64,000 nt of DNA from Vermamoeba vermiformis (taxonomy: Eukaryota): positions 62,001 through 126,000 of the forward strand of contig JBEWZL010000278.1 in assembly GCA_045837725.1 (NCBI GenBank), in the 5' to 3' direction. This document shows, in pieces, positions 1 to 11,880 of the stretch. Made by a program: the position numbers and the translations under genes. Position 1 is the stretch's first letter; every line of letters starts with the position of its first letter. The notes beneath the pieces are model-generated. The model did no database searches and was not told the DNA's origin. It saw only the letters and a list, made by a program, of their open reading frames with translations.

Positions 1-433
1 AAGTTGCTTCGAGTATCCTCGTCTCAGGCACGATCTCTTTCCATTCGTATACGCTCATGTTTCCAAGCAAATCCAATATCAAAATTGCTTGAAGCAATAA
101 ACAATAGTGGTTTTTCTTAAATTTAAATTGTAATTAATTACCTACGCTTCGGACAGTTCACAACCGTTTTTTTTCACTTTTTTCAACTGTCTTCCTTATT
201 TAGCTTATTTAGCTATCTAATCCATGACCTGAATAACTCAAAGAAGACCGTAGCTTTCTTCAGATTGACAGTTGCTAAAAAAGGCAAGCTCAACGAAAGC
301 ACGTGCTTATCAGATAAAAAGACTAGTTACGTTGTTAGAGTTAATTAGCTAAATAGTGTATCGAAGTGAACACCACGTAATGTTTTCGTTCGGAAAAAGT
401 ACCGGCAAAGATAAAATAGGCTTCAAAAAGCCG

Positions 434-2609
434 ATGAAGAACACCATCCAATTCGAAGATCTTCCCAACAAACTCTGTGAAATTCTGTATTTGTCGAATG
501 AAAATGTGGTAAATTTAAAATCAACAGGTGCTTGGGAACCCACGAACGGCAAACGATTTTATTTCGGTAAGCAAATCCAAACAAAAAAAGAGTAAATTTA
601 AATTAATCTTTACTATCCTTCTAATACTGTTATCACAAACGCCCATATATTAATTATATTTTGGCAATTTTTTAGAGGTCACAGTTATCTCAAAAGGCAC
701 CAAAGGCACGATCGCAATTGGTTTATCAAAGAACGAAAAAGATGCAGCCGACAAGCAACCTGGCTGGACTCACGGTACTTACTTAAGGTCTATATATAAC
801 TTATTGTTAAATTTTTCATTACAGGAACGTTTGGTTATCATGCTGATGACGGCATTGCTTTCTGCGATGATACTGAGGTGATCCGAAACTTTGGTCCCAT
901 ATGGGCAGTTCGAAATGTTACAGTAGGATGTGGTGTTGACTTTGAAGCACGTAAGTACCTCCATGCTGTTTAAAAAAAGTTGAGTGCATCCGTTCGAATT
1001 TAAATTGGCGAGATTGATTGGAGGTATTGGTTCAATTACGCACTAAATATTAGTATACGAGCTAATGTATATTTAGAATCAGTGTTCTTCGTATTTCCCG
1101 ATGGTACGAAGAAAACATTGCCGACGTACAAGATGCAAGCTTTTCCCGACAAGTTGTATCCAATGGTTGGCTTGCACAGCCTGCAAGAACAGATTAAAGT
1201 GAATTTTGGCACCAAAGGAATTCCTTTCGTGCATAATCCATTCGTAAGTAACGCAAAGAAATTTCTGGTACGCGCCATACACATCCGGTTTTTAACTGCT
1301 GATAATTTTTAGGCCGAGAATAAAATACCAACGTTCTTCAAATTCAACAAAACAACAAAAGCAATTCTTGAAGGCAACATACTCACCGTCACAGCGCCAA
1401 AGGCCGAGTCACTTCAAGCTGACTCTTTCTTCCCCCGTCTCACAACATCACTGCCTTATTATGAAGTCACCATACTATCACTAAAACGTAGGTGCCACCT
1501 ACAATATACCATCCAATTATTACCCTATTTGGCGTATTATGAACCTATACTCATACGCGTTTTTCATAGCGGACGAAACGCTTTCGATTGGTTTCAGCGA
1601 CCAAAGATTTGAGTCCAGTCAACTCGTGGGCTCCATGCAGAACTCGTTCGGCTACTTCAACAACGGCACTGTTGGCTTCAACTTCACGAGCGACGGGGAG
1701 CGAGGTGCGTTCAAAGTGAACGACGTGGTTGGATGTGGTCTTGCCATGGACTCGTTCAACCAACGCAAGGTGTTCTATACTGTAAATGGCAAGTTCGTCG
1801 GGTACATAACGAAGAGGGTTGCAGGTGGAATGGATTGCTTCCCAACGCTTGGATTCGTTGGAAGCGACATCCGCGTTCGATACAACTTCGGCCGTTCGGA
1901 ATTTGTTTGGGATATTAACGAATGGCCTAAATCTGACAAGAACTGCTATATTAGCAACTTGCCTACTGAAACTCTGCGAATTATTCTTGAGGTAAGATTC
2001 AGGATCGAGCCACATCCAGCATTTGTACTGACTTATTTTTTTCTTAGCATGCTTCACATACCGCTGCCTTTACCTTACTTAGCGTATCGTTGGTCAACAA
2101 GAAGTTCCATCAGCTCGTGACCGATAACAACGCTATTTGGCACAAACTTTATATGCAACAGTACCCGGATCAGAATCCAAACTTGAAGATGCAAAGTTGG
2201 GCTAAATTCTTCAAAGTACGATATGAAAGGTTTAAAGAGCGACCTGCCGAGCCTGCTATTGGTGCGTAATATTCAGATCCGCTATGTTAATTTTATTGTA
2301 CTGACGTTGGATTTGTTTTCAGAGAATTGCGAATTTGGCTTCAAATGCCCACTATCGTATTATCAATTAGATACAACTGAAGGCGATAGACGACATTGCA
2401 ACAAGTGCGATAAAGACGTCTACGCTGTCACATCCGTTGAACAATTAAAGCAATACGTGCAATTAGGACGATGTGTGGCCCTCGTGCAAGACGATGGCGT
2501 AAGTTTTTTTTTTGCTTTTTAATTTGTATGGTGGTGTTAACTAATAGCCTTGATGCAGTTTGATAGTGAGATGGGTGACATCGACCCTGACTATGGTGAT
2601 GAAGAGTGA
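434..2609 (+). CDS. Multi-exon protein with two SPRY domains, an F-box and a C-terminal Cys-rich domain
   Basis: Spliced translation gives SPRY motifs (YFEVTV..GTIAIGL..PGW..FGYHADDG..VGCGVD; YYEVTI..SIGF..FGYFNNG..DVVGCGL..VFYTVNG..FPTLG..YNFG), an F-box (ISNLPTETLRIILE) and FKCPL..HCNKCDKDVY..GRCVAL. The start codon is uncertain. Confidence 0.8.
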
Positions 2610-2978
2610 AAAAAAAAGACGAGTCTAATATTGTATTGAGTGCCAAAATCTAGCTTTGGAGGCTAAAAATATTGCGTGAACGGGAACAAATTTGCCTCCC
2701 GTCAAAAACTCAATCCTGGCACCATTTTATTTTGCTTTGGAAGATCTTTCTATTTATTCGTACACGGCTCAAATATAAATTCAATATACGACTAGTTCTG
2801 GCCTTTGTTTTTTCTGAGCGCTCAGATGTGAACTGAAACTTCTGACGCCTTTTTCTCTACCTGCGATTCACTGGCGTTTTTATTTGTTTCGGAAGATCTT
2901 TCGGTTTATACACACGATCTTGTTTGTAACAAGATCTCCGAAGACAACCAGGAACGAATAATTAATAATTATTATTTA

Positions 2979-4673
2979 ATGATGAACGAATTGCAATTGT
3001 TAATAGCGTTTCTTGTTCTTGCGGTTGGTAAGGCATCATTTCTTTATTTTATTATTATCGGACCTCAAAATAATTATTTTAAACAGCAAGTTGTTCGTTG
3101 ATCGAGCAAGATCCAAATTTTGCGAATTTATTCGACACGGATTTTGTCAATTTTGGGACAATATATTCAACTGATTTTATTCGGAAAATTGCCAGCGAAA
3201 GAGGAGCCTCAAGACCTCCAATATTCGACAGTTTCAATGAGCCGAAGATCAGACAACAACTTCGCAACAACGTTCTTCTTCTCATTGATAAAATGCTCTC
3301 GATGCAACAAAACAACATGTCGTAAGTAATTTACTGCATAATTTAGCCACAAACGGCTTGCAATTTTTATTGACACGTGTCACTTGTTTTTTCAGATCCT
3401 GTGCAATTCAACGGCTCAGTGAAGCAAAAGCAATCAGAGATATCTATACAGATGATACGAAATTCAACAACCGGCCTCTGCCGCGATATTATCACGTGAC
3501 ACAACAGAAATGGGTTCCAGCAATCTTGGACTCGATGCTCATAAAGTGGGCCGACGCATTGTTTCCAGGAACATGGTTTGCAACAGGTAAAGCTCAACAA
3601 CAACAAGTGCCTAACGCAAACTTTATTGTAAAACATGTCATATTAGGATTCTACTCGATGCGGAGTCCGCAGAGCTATTCACCGGTTTTTTCGTTCGGCT
3701 CCGAGCTTGAACAACCTTTGAACGAGGTCAGCGATGACAGTCATTATATCTACAGCTATGGTCCTAACAATTATTACGGACTTGGTCGAATGCACAATGG
3801 TACATTGTGAACTTCGTATTGTAATTTGATAACTAGCTAAACATTATTTTTTCAGTGTCAATGTGGAAAAACAACACGGATCTGATCAGTTGGGGTGTCG
3901 AACAGAGATTTGTTGAGAATATAACCAGCTATATCAAATCGCGATACAATGAAGAAAAAGCATCGTTTTTGTTGTCAAAGATGACGAGCATCGATCAAAT
4001 TGTTCTTGAACGACAACTTTTGACCATCGCCCACGCGCACACCAACGATAGGGCCAATGCGTAAGCCTATTTTATTATACTATGATGTAAGTATTAACTT
4101 TATCACTAAAGGTTATTGGCTGGTTCTTTCATCGATTCAAGTTGGACCAAATTGAACATTTCCGTCGCGAACGTTTCTGTTGGACAGAGTACGTATTCTG
4201 CGTTGAGATACAAAGTTTTTGGAACTAACATCGTTTACAATGAAGTTATTATTCGTCCTTACGGGGGCAGCAACATGCAATACGAAATGATTGCTGCAGT
4301 GGACTACAACGGGCAGGAAATGACGTTTTTGAGTTTACATGTCGCGACACGCCAAACTACCGTTAGCACCGCGCCTATCTACGTGCTTGTCAACAAGTAC
4401 GTGCCAGACATGGAAATCAAAGACATGACAGTACTGACACAATTGATCGCTGATGGAGCTCTTCTCGATCAACCTCCACCATCGTACACCAAACTGAAAC
4501 GAAGTGTCAACCAGTTGATGACACGTGTCAAACATGTCACTCTCGAAGAACAACGACACAACGAGATACAATCCCAAAAATATCATCGAATGCTTTGCGA
4601 GTCACCTGAACACCATGCCAAAGCCATCGAGTACCTCCAGCAAAAGTTTGGTCTTCAACACTTGTCGTGTTAA
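2979..4673 (+). CDS. Array gene copy 1: secreted ~445-aa protein with putative ADP-ribosyltransferase-like domain; intact
   Basis: Exons 2979-3027, 3087-3321, 3396-3586, 3647-3799, 3856-4060, 4112-4188, 4246-4673 join in frame via GT-AG introns (1338 nt). Signal peptide MMNELQLLIAFLVLAVASCS. The same structure recurs in five paralogs. Confidence 0.85.
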
Positions 4674-4948
4674 GAGTTTACCACGAATAAATATGTGCCT
4701 CAGCGACAACAATTTTCGTTACCCTTGTTAACGGACGCCCCTTGTGAACAAATTTTAGGGGCGTTTATGTTTGTCGGGCCCTGGACTGAAAAACCGGCCC
4801 CAAATTTTGTCCCGTCCCCTCAAAAGTCACCTGGCACGATTTTATTTATTTGTAAGATCTTTCTATTGATACGCACACGGCTGTATAGTGTTGACGCTGC
4901 GCCAAATTATCCAATTCATATTAACCGTAGCGTCGGCGGGTTATTGTA

Positions 4949-6652
4949 ATGCAATTGACATTCATATTTATTTTTCTTGCAATTGGTAAGTTGTCGTTTT
5001 TTTAATTATCCTCACATTAATTTCTTTATTAATTTACTATCGGACCTCAAATTAATTTTATTTTAAACAGCAAGTTGTTCGCTGATCGAGCAAGATCCAA
5101 ATTTTGCGATTTTATTCAAAACAGATTTTGTCAATTCCGGAACAATCTATTCAACTGATTTTATTCGGAAAATTGTCAGCGAAAATGGAGCTTCAAGACC
5201 TCCAATATTCGACAGTTTCAATGAACCGAAGATCAGACAACAACTTCGCAACAACGTTCTTCTTCTCATTGATAAAATGCTCTCAATGCAACAAAACAAT
5301 ATGTCGTAAGTAATTTACTGCATAATTTAGCCACAAACGGCTTGCAAAATGATTTATTTGACACGTGTCACTTTGTAGATCCTGTTCAATTCAACGGCTC
5401 AGTGAAGCAAAGGCAATCAGAGATATCTATATAGATGATGCGAAATTCAATAGCAGGCCTCTGCCACGATATTATCACGTGACAAAACAGACATGGGTTC
5501 CAGCAATCTTGGACTCGATGCTCATAAAGTGGACCGACGCAGCATTTCCTGGCGCGTGGTTTGCAACAGGTAAATCACACCGAAATAGAATCGTTTAATT
5601 TAAAATCCTGTTTTCGTTAGGATTCTACTTGCAGCAAACAGCGAGGTACTATTCACCAGTTTTTTCTTTCGGCTCCGAGCTTGAACAACCTTTGAACGAG
5701 GTCAGCAATGACAGCCATTACATATCTTATTATGGTTCTCGTGATTATTACGGACTTGGTCGAATGCACGACAGTACGTAGTTATCTTCGTTCCATTACT
5801 AGCTAAAAATGACGTTCAGTATCAATGTGGAAAAATAACACGGATCTGATCAGTTGGGGTGTTGAACAGAGATTTGTTGAGAATATAACCAACTATATTA
5901 AGTCGCGATACGACGAAGAAAAAGCATCGTTTTTGTTGTCAAAGATGACGAGCATCGATCAAATTATTCTCGAACGACAACTTTTGACCATCGCTCATGC
6001 GCACACCAGCGATAGGGCCAACGCGTAAGCTTATTATATTATATATTTATATAGTATTAACTTACTTTCTTAGGGTATTGGTGGGTTCCTTCATCGATTC
6101 AAGTTGGAGCAAATTCAACATTTCTGCTGCGAATATGTCAGTCGGACAGAGTACGTATTGTTATAACTTTAAGAGGCTAAATTTAAACGGACTTGCCAAT
6201 CAATTCTATTTGCAGTTATTGTTAGCAGTGCCGGGTTACTGACAGACCTCTATTATGGCATGATTACTTCAGTGGACTACAACAAGAAGAAAATGTCATA
6301 CTTGACGCTGCATATCGCAACGCGTCAAACTGTTTTGAAGACTGAATCCTGGAGCTACTGTTTGATCTTCAATAAGTACGTGCCAGACATGGAGATCAAA
6401 GATATGACAGTACTGACACAATTGATCGCTGATGGAGCTCTTCTCGATCAACCTCCACCATCGTACAACAAACTGAAACGAAGTGTCAACCAGTTGATGA
6501 CACGTGTCAAACATATCACTCTCGAAGAGGAGCGACACAACGAGATACAATCCCAAAAATATCATCAAATGCTTTGCGAGTCACCTGAACACCATGCCAA
6601 AGCCATCGAGTATCTCCAGCAAAACTTTGGTCTCCGACACTTGTCGTGTTAA
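4949..6652 (+). CDS. Array gene copy 2; apparently intact
   Basis: Same 7-exon layout; signal exon MQLTFIFIFLAI; the checked junctions are in frame; ends HLSC-TAA. Confidence 0.85.
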
Positions 6653-6967
6653 AATGACAATAGTTTAGCGATAAATATGTGCCTCAGCGGAACGATTTTA
6701 GTTGGACGCTTTGTCCCTTGTATTGAGTGCCTAAAGTTGGCTTTTGATCGCCTTAGAAAGCGTGTGAACGGTTGAAAATTGTCGTCTTGTGAACAATTTT
6801 TGGCGTTTATGTTTGTCGGGACCCAAATTTAGTCCCGTCCCGTCCCCTCAAAAGTCACCTGGCACGATTTTATTTTATTTCGAAAGATCTTTCTATTGAT
6901 ACACACAGCTGTATAGCGTTGACACTACGCCAAATCATATGAACAATAGGTTCGGCAAGTTATTGTA

Positions 6968-8634
6968 ATGAAATTGACACTCATATTTATTTTTCTTGCA
7001 ATTGGTAAGTTGTCGTTTTTTTAATTATCCTCAAATTAATTGTTATTTTTTAAACAGCAAGTTGTTCGCTGATCGAGCAAGATCCAAATTTTGCGAATTT
7101 ATTCGACACAGATTTTGTCAATTCTGGAGCAAAGTATTCAACTGATTTTATTCGGAAAATTACGAGCGAAATTGGAGCTTCAAGACCTCCAATATTCGAC
7201 AATTTCAACGATCCAGAGATCAGACAACAACTTCGCAACAACGTAATTATTCTCATTGATAAAATGCTTTCAATGCAACAAAACAATATGTCGTAAGTAT
7301 TATACAGTGTAAATTAGCCACAAACGCTTGTAAAATAATTTTTATTTGACACTTTTTGTAGATCCTGTGCAATTCAACGCCTCAGTGAAGCAAAGGCAAT
7401 CAGAGATATCTATATAGATGATGCGAAATTCAATAGCAGGCCTCTGCCACGATATTATCACGTGACACAACAGAAATGGGTTCCAGCAATCTTGGACTCG
7501 ATGCTCATAAAGTGGGCCAACGCATTGTTTCCCGGAACATGGTTTGCAACAGGTAAAGCTCAACAACAACAAGTGCCTAAGGCAAACTTTATAGTAAAAC
7601 ATGTCCTATTAGGATTCTACGCGATCCTGAGTCCACAGAGCTATTCACCGGTTTTTTCGTTCGGCTCCGAGCTTGAACAACCGCTGACCGAGGTCAGCGA
7701 TGATAGCCACTATATCTATAGGTATGGTTTTCGTGATTATTACGGCCTTGGTCGAATGCACGACGGTACGTAGTTATCTTCGTATAATAATAACAAGTTA
7801 AAAATGATTTTCAGTGTCAATGTGGAAAAACAACACGGATCTGATCAGTTGGGGTGTTGAACAGAGATTTGTTGAGAATATAACCAGCTATATCAAATCA
7901 CAATATGACGAAGAAAAAGCGTCGTTTTTGTTGTCAAAGATGACGAGCATCGATCAAATTGTTCTCGAACGACAACTTTTGACCATCGCTCATGCGCACA
8001 CCAACGATAGGGCCAATGCGTAATAATATTATAATATGGTATATGTATGGTATTAACTTGCTTTCTTAGGGTATTGGTGGGTTCCTTCATTGATTCAAGT
8101 TGGACCGAATTGAACATTTCCACTGCGAATATTTCTGTTGGACAGAGTAAGTATTTATCAGAAGGTAAATTGTGACTTTCTAATCGATTCTATTCGCAGT
8201 TATTGTTCGCGGTACCGGGTTAATGACAGACCTCTATTATGGCATGAACTTCAGTGGACTACAACAAGAAGAAAATATCATTCTTGACGCTGCATCTTGC
8301 AACGCATCAAACTGTTTTGAAGACTGAACCCTGGCGCTACAATTTGATCTTCAACAAGTACGTGCCAGACATGGAGATCAAAGATATGACAGTACTGACA
8401 CAATTGATCGCTGATGGAGCTCTTCTCGATCAACCTCCACCATCGAACACCAAACTAAAACGAAGTGTCAACCAGTTGATGACACGTGTCAAACATGTCA
8501 CTCTCGAAGAACAGCAACACAATGAGATACAATCCCAAAAATATCATCGAATGCTTTGCGAGTCACCTGAACACCATGCCAAAGCCATCGAGTACCTCCA
8601 GCAAAACTTCGGTTTTCAACACTTGTCGTGTTAA
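6968..8634 (+). pseudogene. Array gene copy 3 with a 2-nt deletion in the last exon (pseudogene or assembly error)
   Basis: GGCATGAACTTCAGTG at 8241 versus GGCATGATTACTTCAGTG in copy 2; the shifted frame stops at 8325-8327. Confidence 0.7.
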
Positions 8635-9354
8635 AATGACAATAGTTTACCGCTAATAAATATTAGCCTTAGCGACAACGATTTTCTTCGTGACCCCTTG
8701 TTAACGGACGTCCCTTGTATATAATTATAAGCATTGTATAAGTCTCACTTTGCAACAACCCAACCCCCACAACCCCTTTTTGTTCATTTTTTTATAATTT
8801 AGGAGGCGCAGACGTGCGCGAGCGCAACATCCGCACTAACAAAAATTGTGACAGGGACAACACCATACGGTGAAGCCCAACCGATGTCGCACTCCGAGTG
8901 CAAGAGGAGCGCAACGACCGACCTAGAGATGCCTTCTTGATCACATCTCTACTGTCCAGGTAAGTATGAACTATCCAGGTGTTGTTTTTGCTTTTTTGTG
9001 CTTGATCCGGGATAAATATTTTGTGGGATTGGTTGCACGTTGCAAACAGGGGCTTAGAAAAGTACGGACGTACGATGACTATGCAAGAGAAGAAAATCTT
9101 TTTTTGCATGGCTAGATGATGCTAAGAAAAGTTACAACGTGCAAAGCGATCCCCGCTCAGGGGCCTACTTTTTTCTCGAATGCTAAGAAACAGCATAACG
9201 ACCAGGCAGGCTGTAGTTACTATTGCCAGATCGGCGTCGTTGAACGACTTTGTGCTGCGGCAGTCATGTAAATAAAGAAGAAAGGACCGTCGGAGATTCG
9301 GAGATAAATTTATTTATTTAGGGTTAGGGTTAGAAATTTGCTTTTTGGTTTCTT

Positions 9355-11751
9355 CTACTTTTTCGCGTTTCCCTTGGACCCTTTTGCTGCTTTTCTCTTC
9401 GCTCGTTGTTCTTTCACACGTGCCTTGCGTTCAGCTTCTTTGTCTAATATGACTTGTCGTCTGCGTTGGCGCAACACATTCGGTCTGTTGTACGCTGCCG
9501 GAGCATCTCCGTCAAAGAAATCTCCCTCATGATATTTATCAAATTTAACTACTACGCCGTAAAAGACTTCAGAGGCATGATCATTAGCAACAAATTTTCC
9601 GTAGGAACTCTTCAGTTTCGGATCTGTCAAAAAAAGTTAGCTTACTCGATCACGTGATCTTCTTCCAAATAAGGCAATAATGGCTTAACGTACCTTTAGG
9701 TTGTTTATAAGTCACTATTTTCTCCGCGGTAATCGTTGCAACGGCCATACAATTCTCACCTAAAATAGCCTAATTAGGATACTGTCTGACATTACCGAAT
9801 GAAAGTCACGCGATAATTATTCCGCTGTAGCCTATCGATCGCAAAAAAAATATTCACTTTACTTACCAGGATAGACTTGATCCACAAAATTGACTTTTCC
9901 TTCCTTGATCTCGAATAATAGGTGAATATGAATATACCTCTTTAATCCTAATATGTAAATCTCGTTCTCGAAATGATTTCGCAAGGTATTTTGTAAGACA
10001 GCAATTGACACCAAACAATTTCCTGGACGAGATCCGACACTCGGATAATAAGTCAGAGAACTGGAACTGTCCATGGTGTAATAAACAGGGTCATTTGGCT
10101 TGAGTGGGTGCACCCATGGCATGTACGGCATAATCGGACATTTAATGTGCGAAACCGGGCTTTCTTGGACTCCCGCTGGAAAAAATGAAAAAATCGTTAA
10201 TTTTTACCAACAAAGCACCAAAGTGGACTATTACAAAGATCAAGCGAAAAAAATTGCAAATTTCAATTTAGTGAGCTAGCTTGCGCTATTAAATGTGGTA
10301 AATTTTCATAAATGATCGAGTTGTGATCTAGTTCGATCCGCGTCTGTATGTTAAAGAGTCCTAGTTACCAGGACAAATTTTTCAGAACTACTACGTACCG
10401 ACAGTCATGCACAACTGCGTGACTCGTTCTTCGTAGCGAAGGTAATCAGGTTTCGCGAGTGCTTGGCGCAGTGTGAGTGGTGGCAAGAACTGATTTGATT
10501 GGCCAATCAACTCTTTCAGTGTCGGACCTTTGTACCATTCGACCATCTATTGTCCGCAATAACGCGTTAGTGAAACACGCTGAAAATAGCCGTTCAGTGA
10601 AACAGCAAACTGTCGAAAATATTGTTGGCGGTTACGAAATTTGATGCAAAAGTTTAGCTTCATGCACGAATTTTCAACGAGGTTGATCGTTGTCATTACT
10701 ATATTTGGCAATGAGCACGTGGCAACGGTCAAAAAGTCATTTGTAAGTTAATTTTGGGGGCAAGTCCGAGTTACTTTGAAACGCATATTTTTCCCCTTAG
10801 CAAATGTCTTACTGTCCAAAAAAGGTTATACTTGCCTTATTAGTCTTTGGCGAGTATTTTTTAGGCAGTGGAATGGTCTTGAAGTGCTGGAAGTTGCGGC
10901 CCAAGACAATTTGCGCGACGTTTTCAATGTCTGCTTTGAACCGCTCGTACGCTAAAAAAGGAGCATTAGATCCGAATTTCCAAATAAGGAAAAACATTTC
11001 AAATCAAATAATAGTCAACGAAATGATATTTCAAATGAATTTTTACCTTTTTTGTCCGCTTCGTTGTTATTCACTTCCGTGTAACAAGCAATAATATTAG
11101 GACTGCCCATCGCAATGTAAGCATTCGTGATCACTCGCTGCCAGTCCCAATTCGAAAAATATGGAGGATTTGGCATGGTGCTCGGCGAAGTATATGTATC
11201 AGATCGTACCATGATTAACGTGCAGGAAGCCTACGAAAAAATGGATTCGGGATTAGCTGATCTGAATGTTTTCGCAGAAGACAAAACGGTTGATCGTACG
11301 AAGCATAATTTTGAAAGCTCTTTGATAGTGCCATGTCCCACAAGGACATCCAATAAAAGCATTTCTGAATCTGCAAAATGAAATCCGTTACAAAAAATAA
11401 TCATGATTTTTAATAATTAAATAATTATTTATTTGGTGCTCGCTGGACTCAAAATACGAAGAATTTCCAACAAATTGAGCTCGAAATTAATTAATTACCT
11501 GTTAATGTTCCTGAATTTAAGAATGCATCTCCATATCTGTGCACTCTGCCAACGATAAAATGATTTCGTTTAGCACTTAGTAGTGCTAAATATATGTGTT
11601 CAAAGCCTTTACAGCTGCGCAAGCAATTTAAAATTGCGCTAACGCTCAAGTAGGGAAAGATCTCCACCCAAAGCTCGATTGGAAGGATACTCCGCGCTAG
11701 ATTGGCCAGCGATTTTTCTTTACTGTCTAATTCTAGCGTGTTGTGCTCCAT
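9355..11751 (-). CDS. F-box protein fused to a degenerate eEF1A/EF-Tu-like (pseudo-GTPase) body, ~471 aa, 8 exons
   Basis: Exons 11751-11499, 11370-11300, 11230-11047, 10951-10836, 10546-10399, 10175-9867, 9759-9694, 9623-9355 are phase-compatible (1416 nt). F-box ILPIELWVEIFPYL; eEF1A-like segments MVEWYKGPTL and YGKFVANDHASEVFYGVVVKFDK; Lys-rich tail. Confidence 0.75.
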
Positions 11752-11880
11752 TAATTTCGAAATTCAAACTGAAAAAAGACTTCTCAAAACGGAATTCCGT
11801 ACAGATAACGAGTTTGGGAATCGAACAAAGCAAGACGAAGGCAATGGATTACATTATACTACTATTTACTATACATTAAT

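Noticed and set aside
1-100. Open frame ending at TAA 98-100
   Set aside because: Possibly the 3' end of an upstream gene, but too short to support a call.
9318-9333. TTAGGGTTAGGGTTAG telomere-like repeat
   Set aside because: Under three units, in a 3' UTR or intergenic position; insufficient for an interstitial telomere call.
10655-10700. Possible micro-exon TINLVENS resembling eEF1A GDNMLEPS
   Set aside because: The splice phases do not fit either neighbouring exon.
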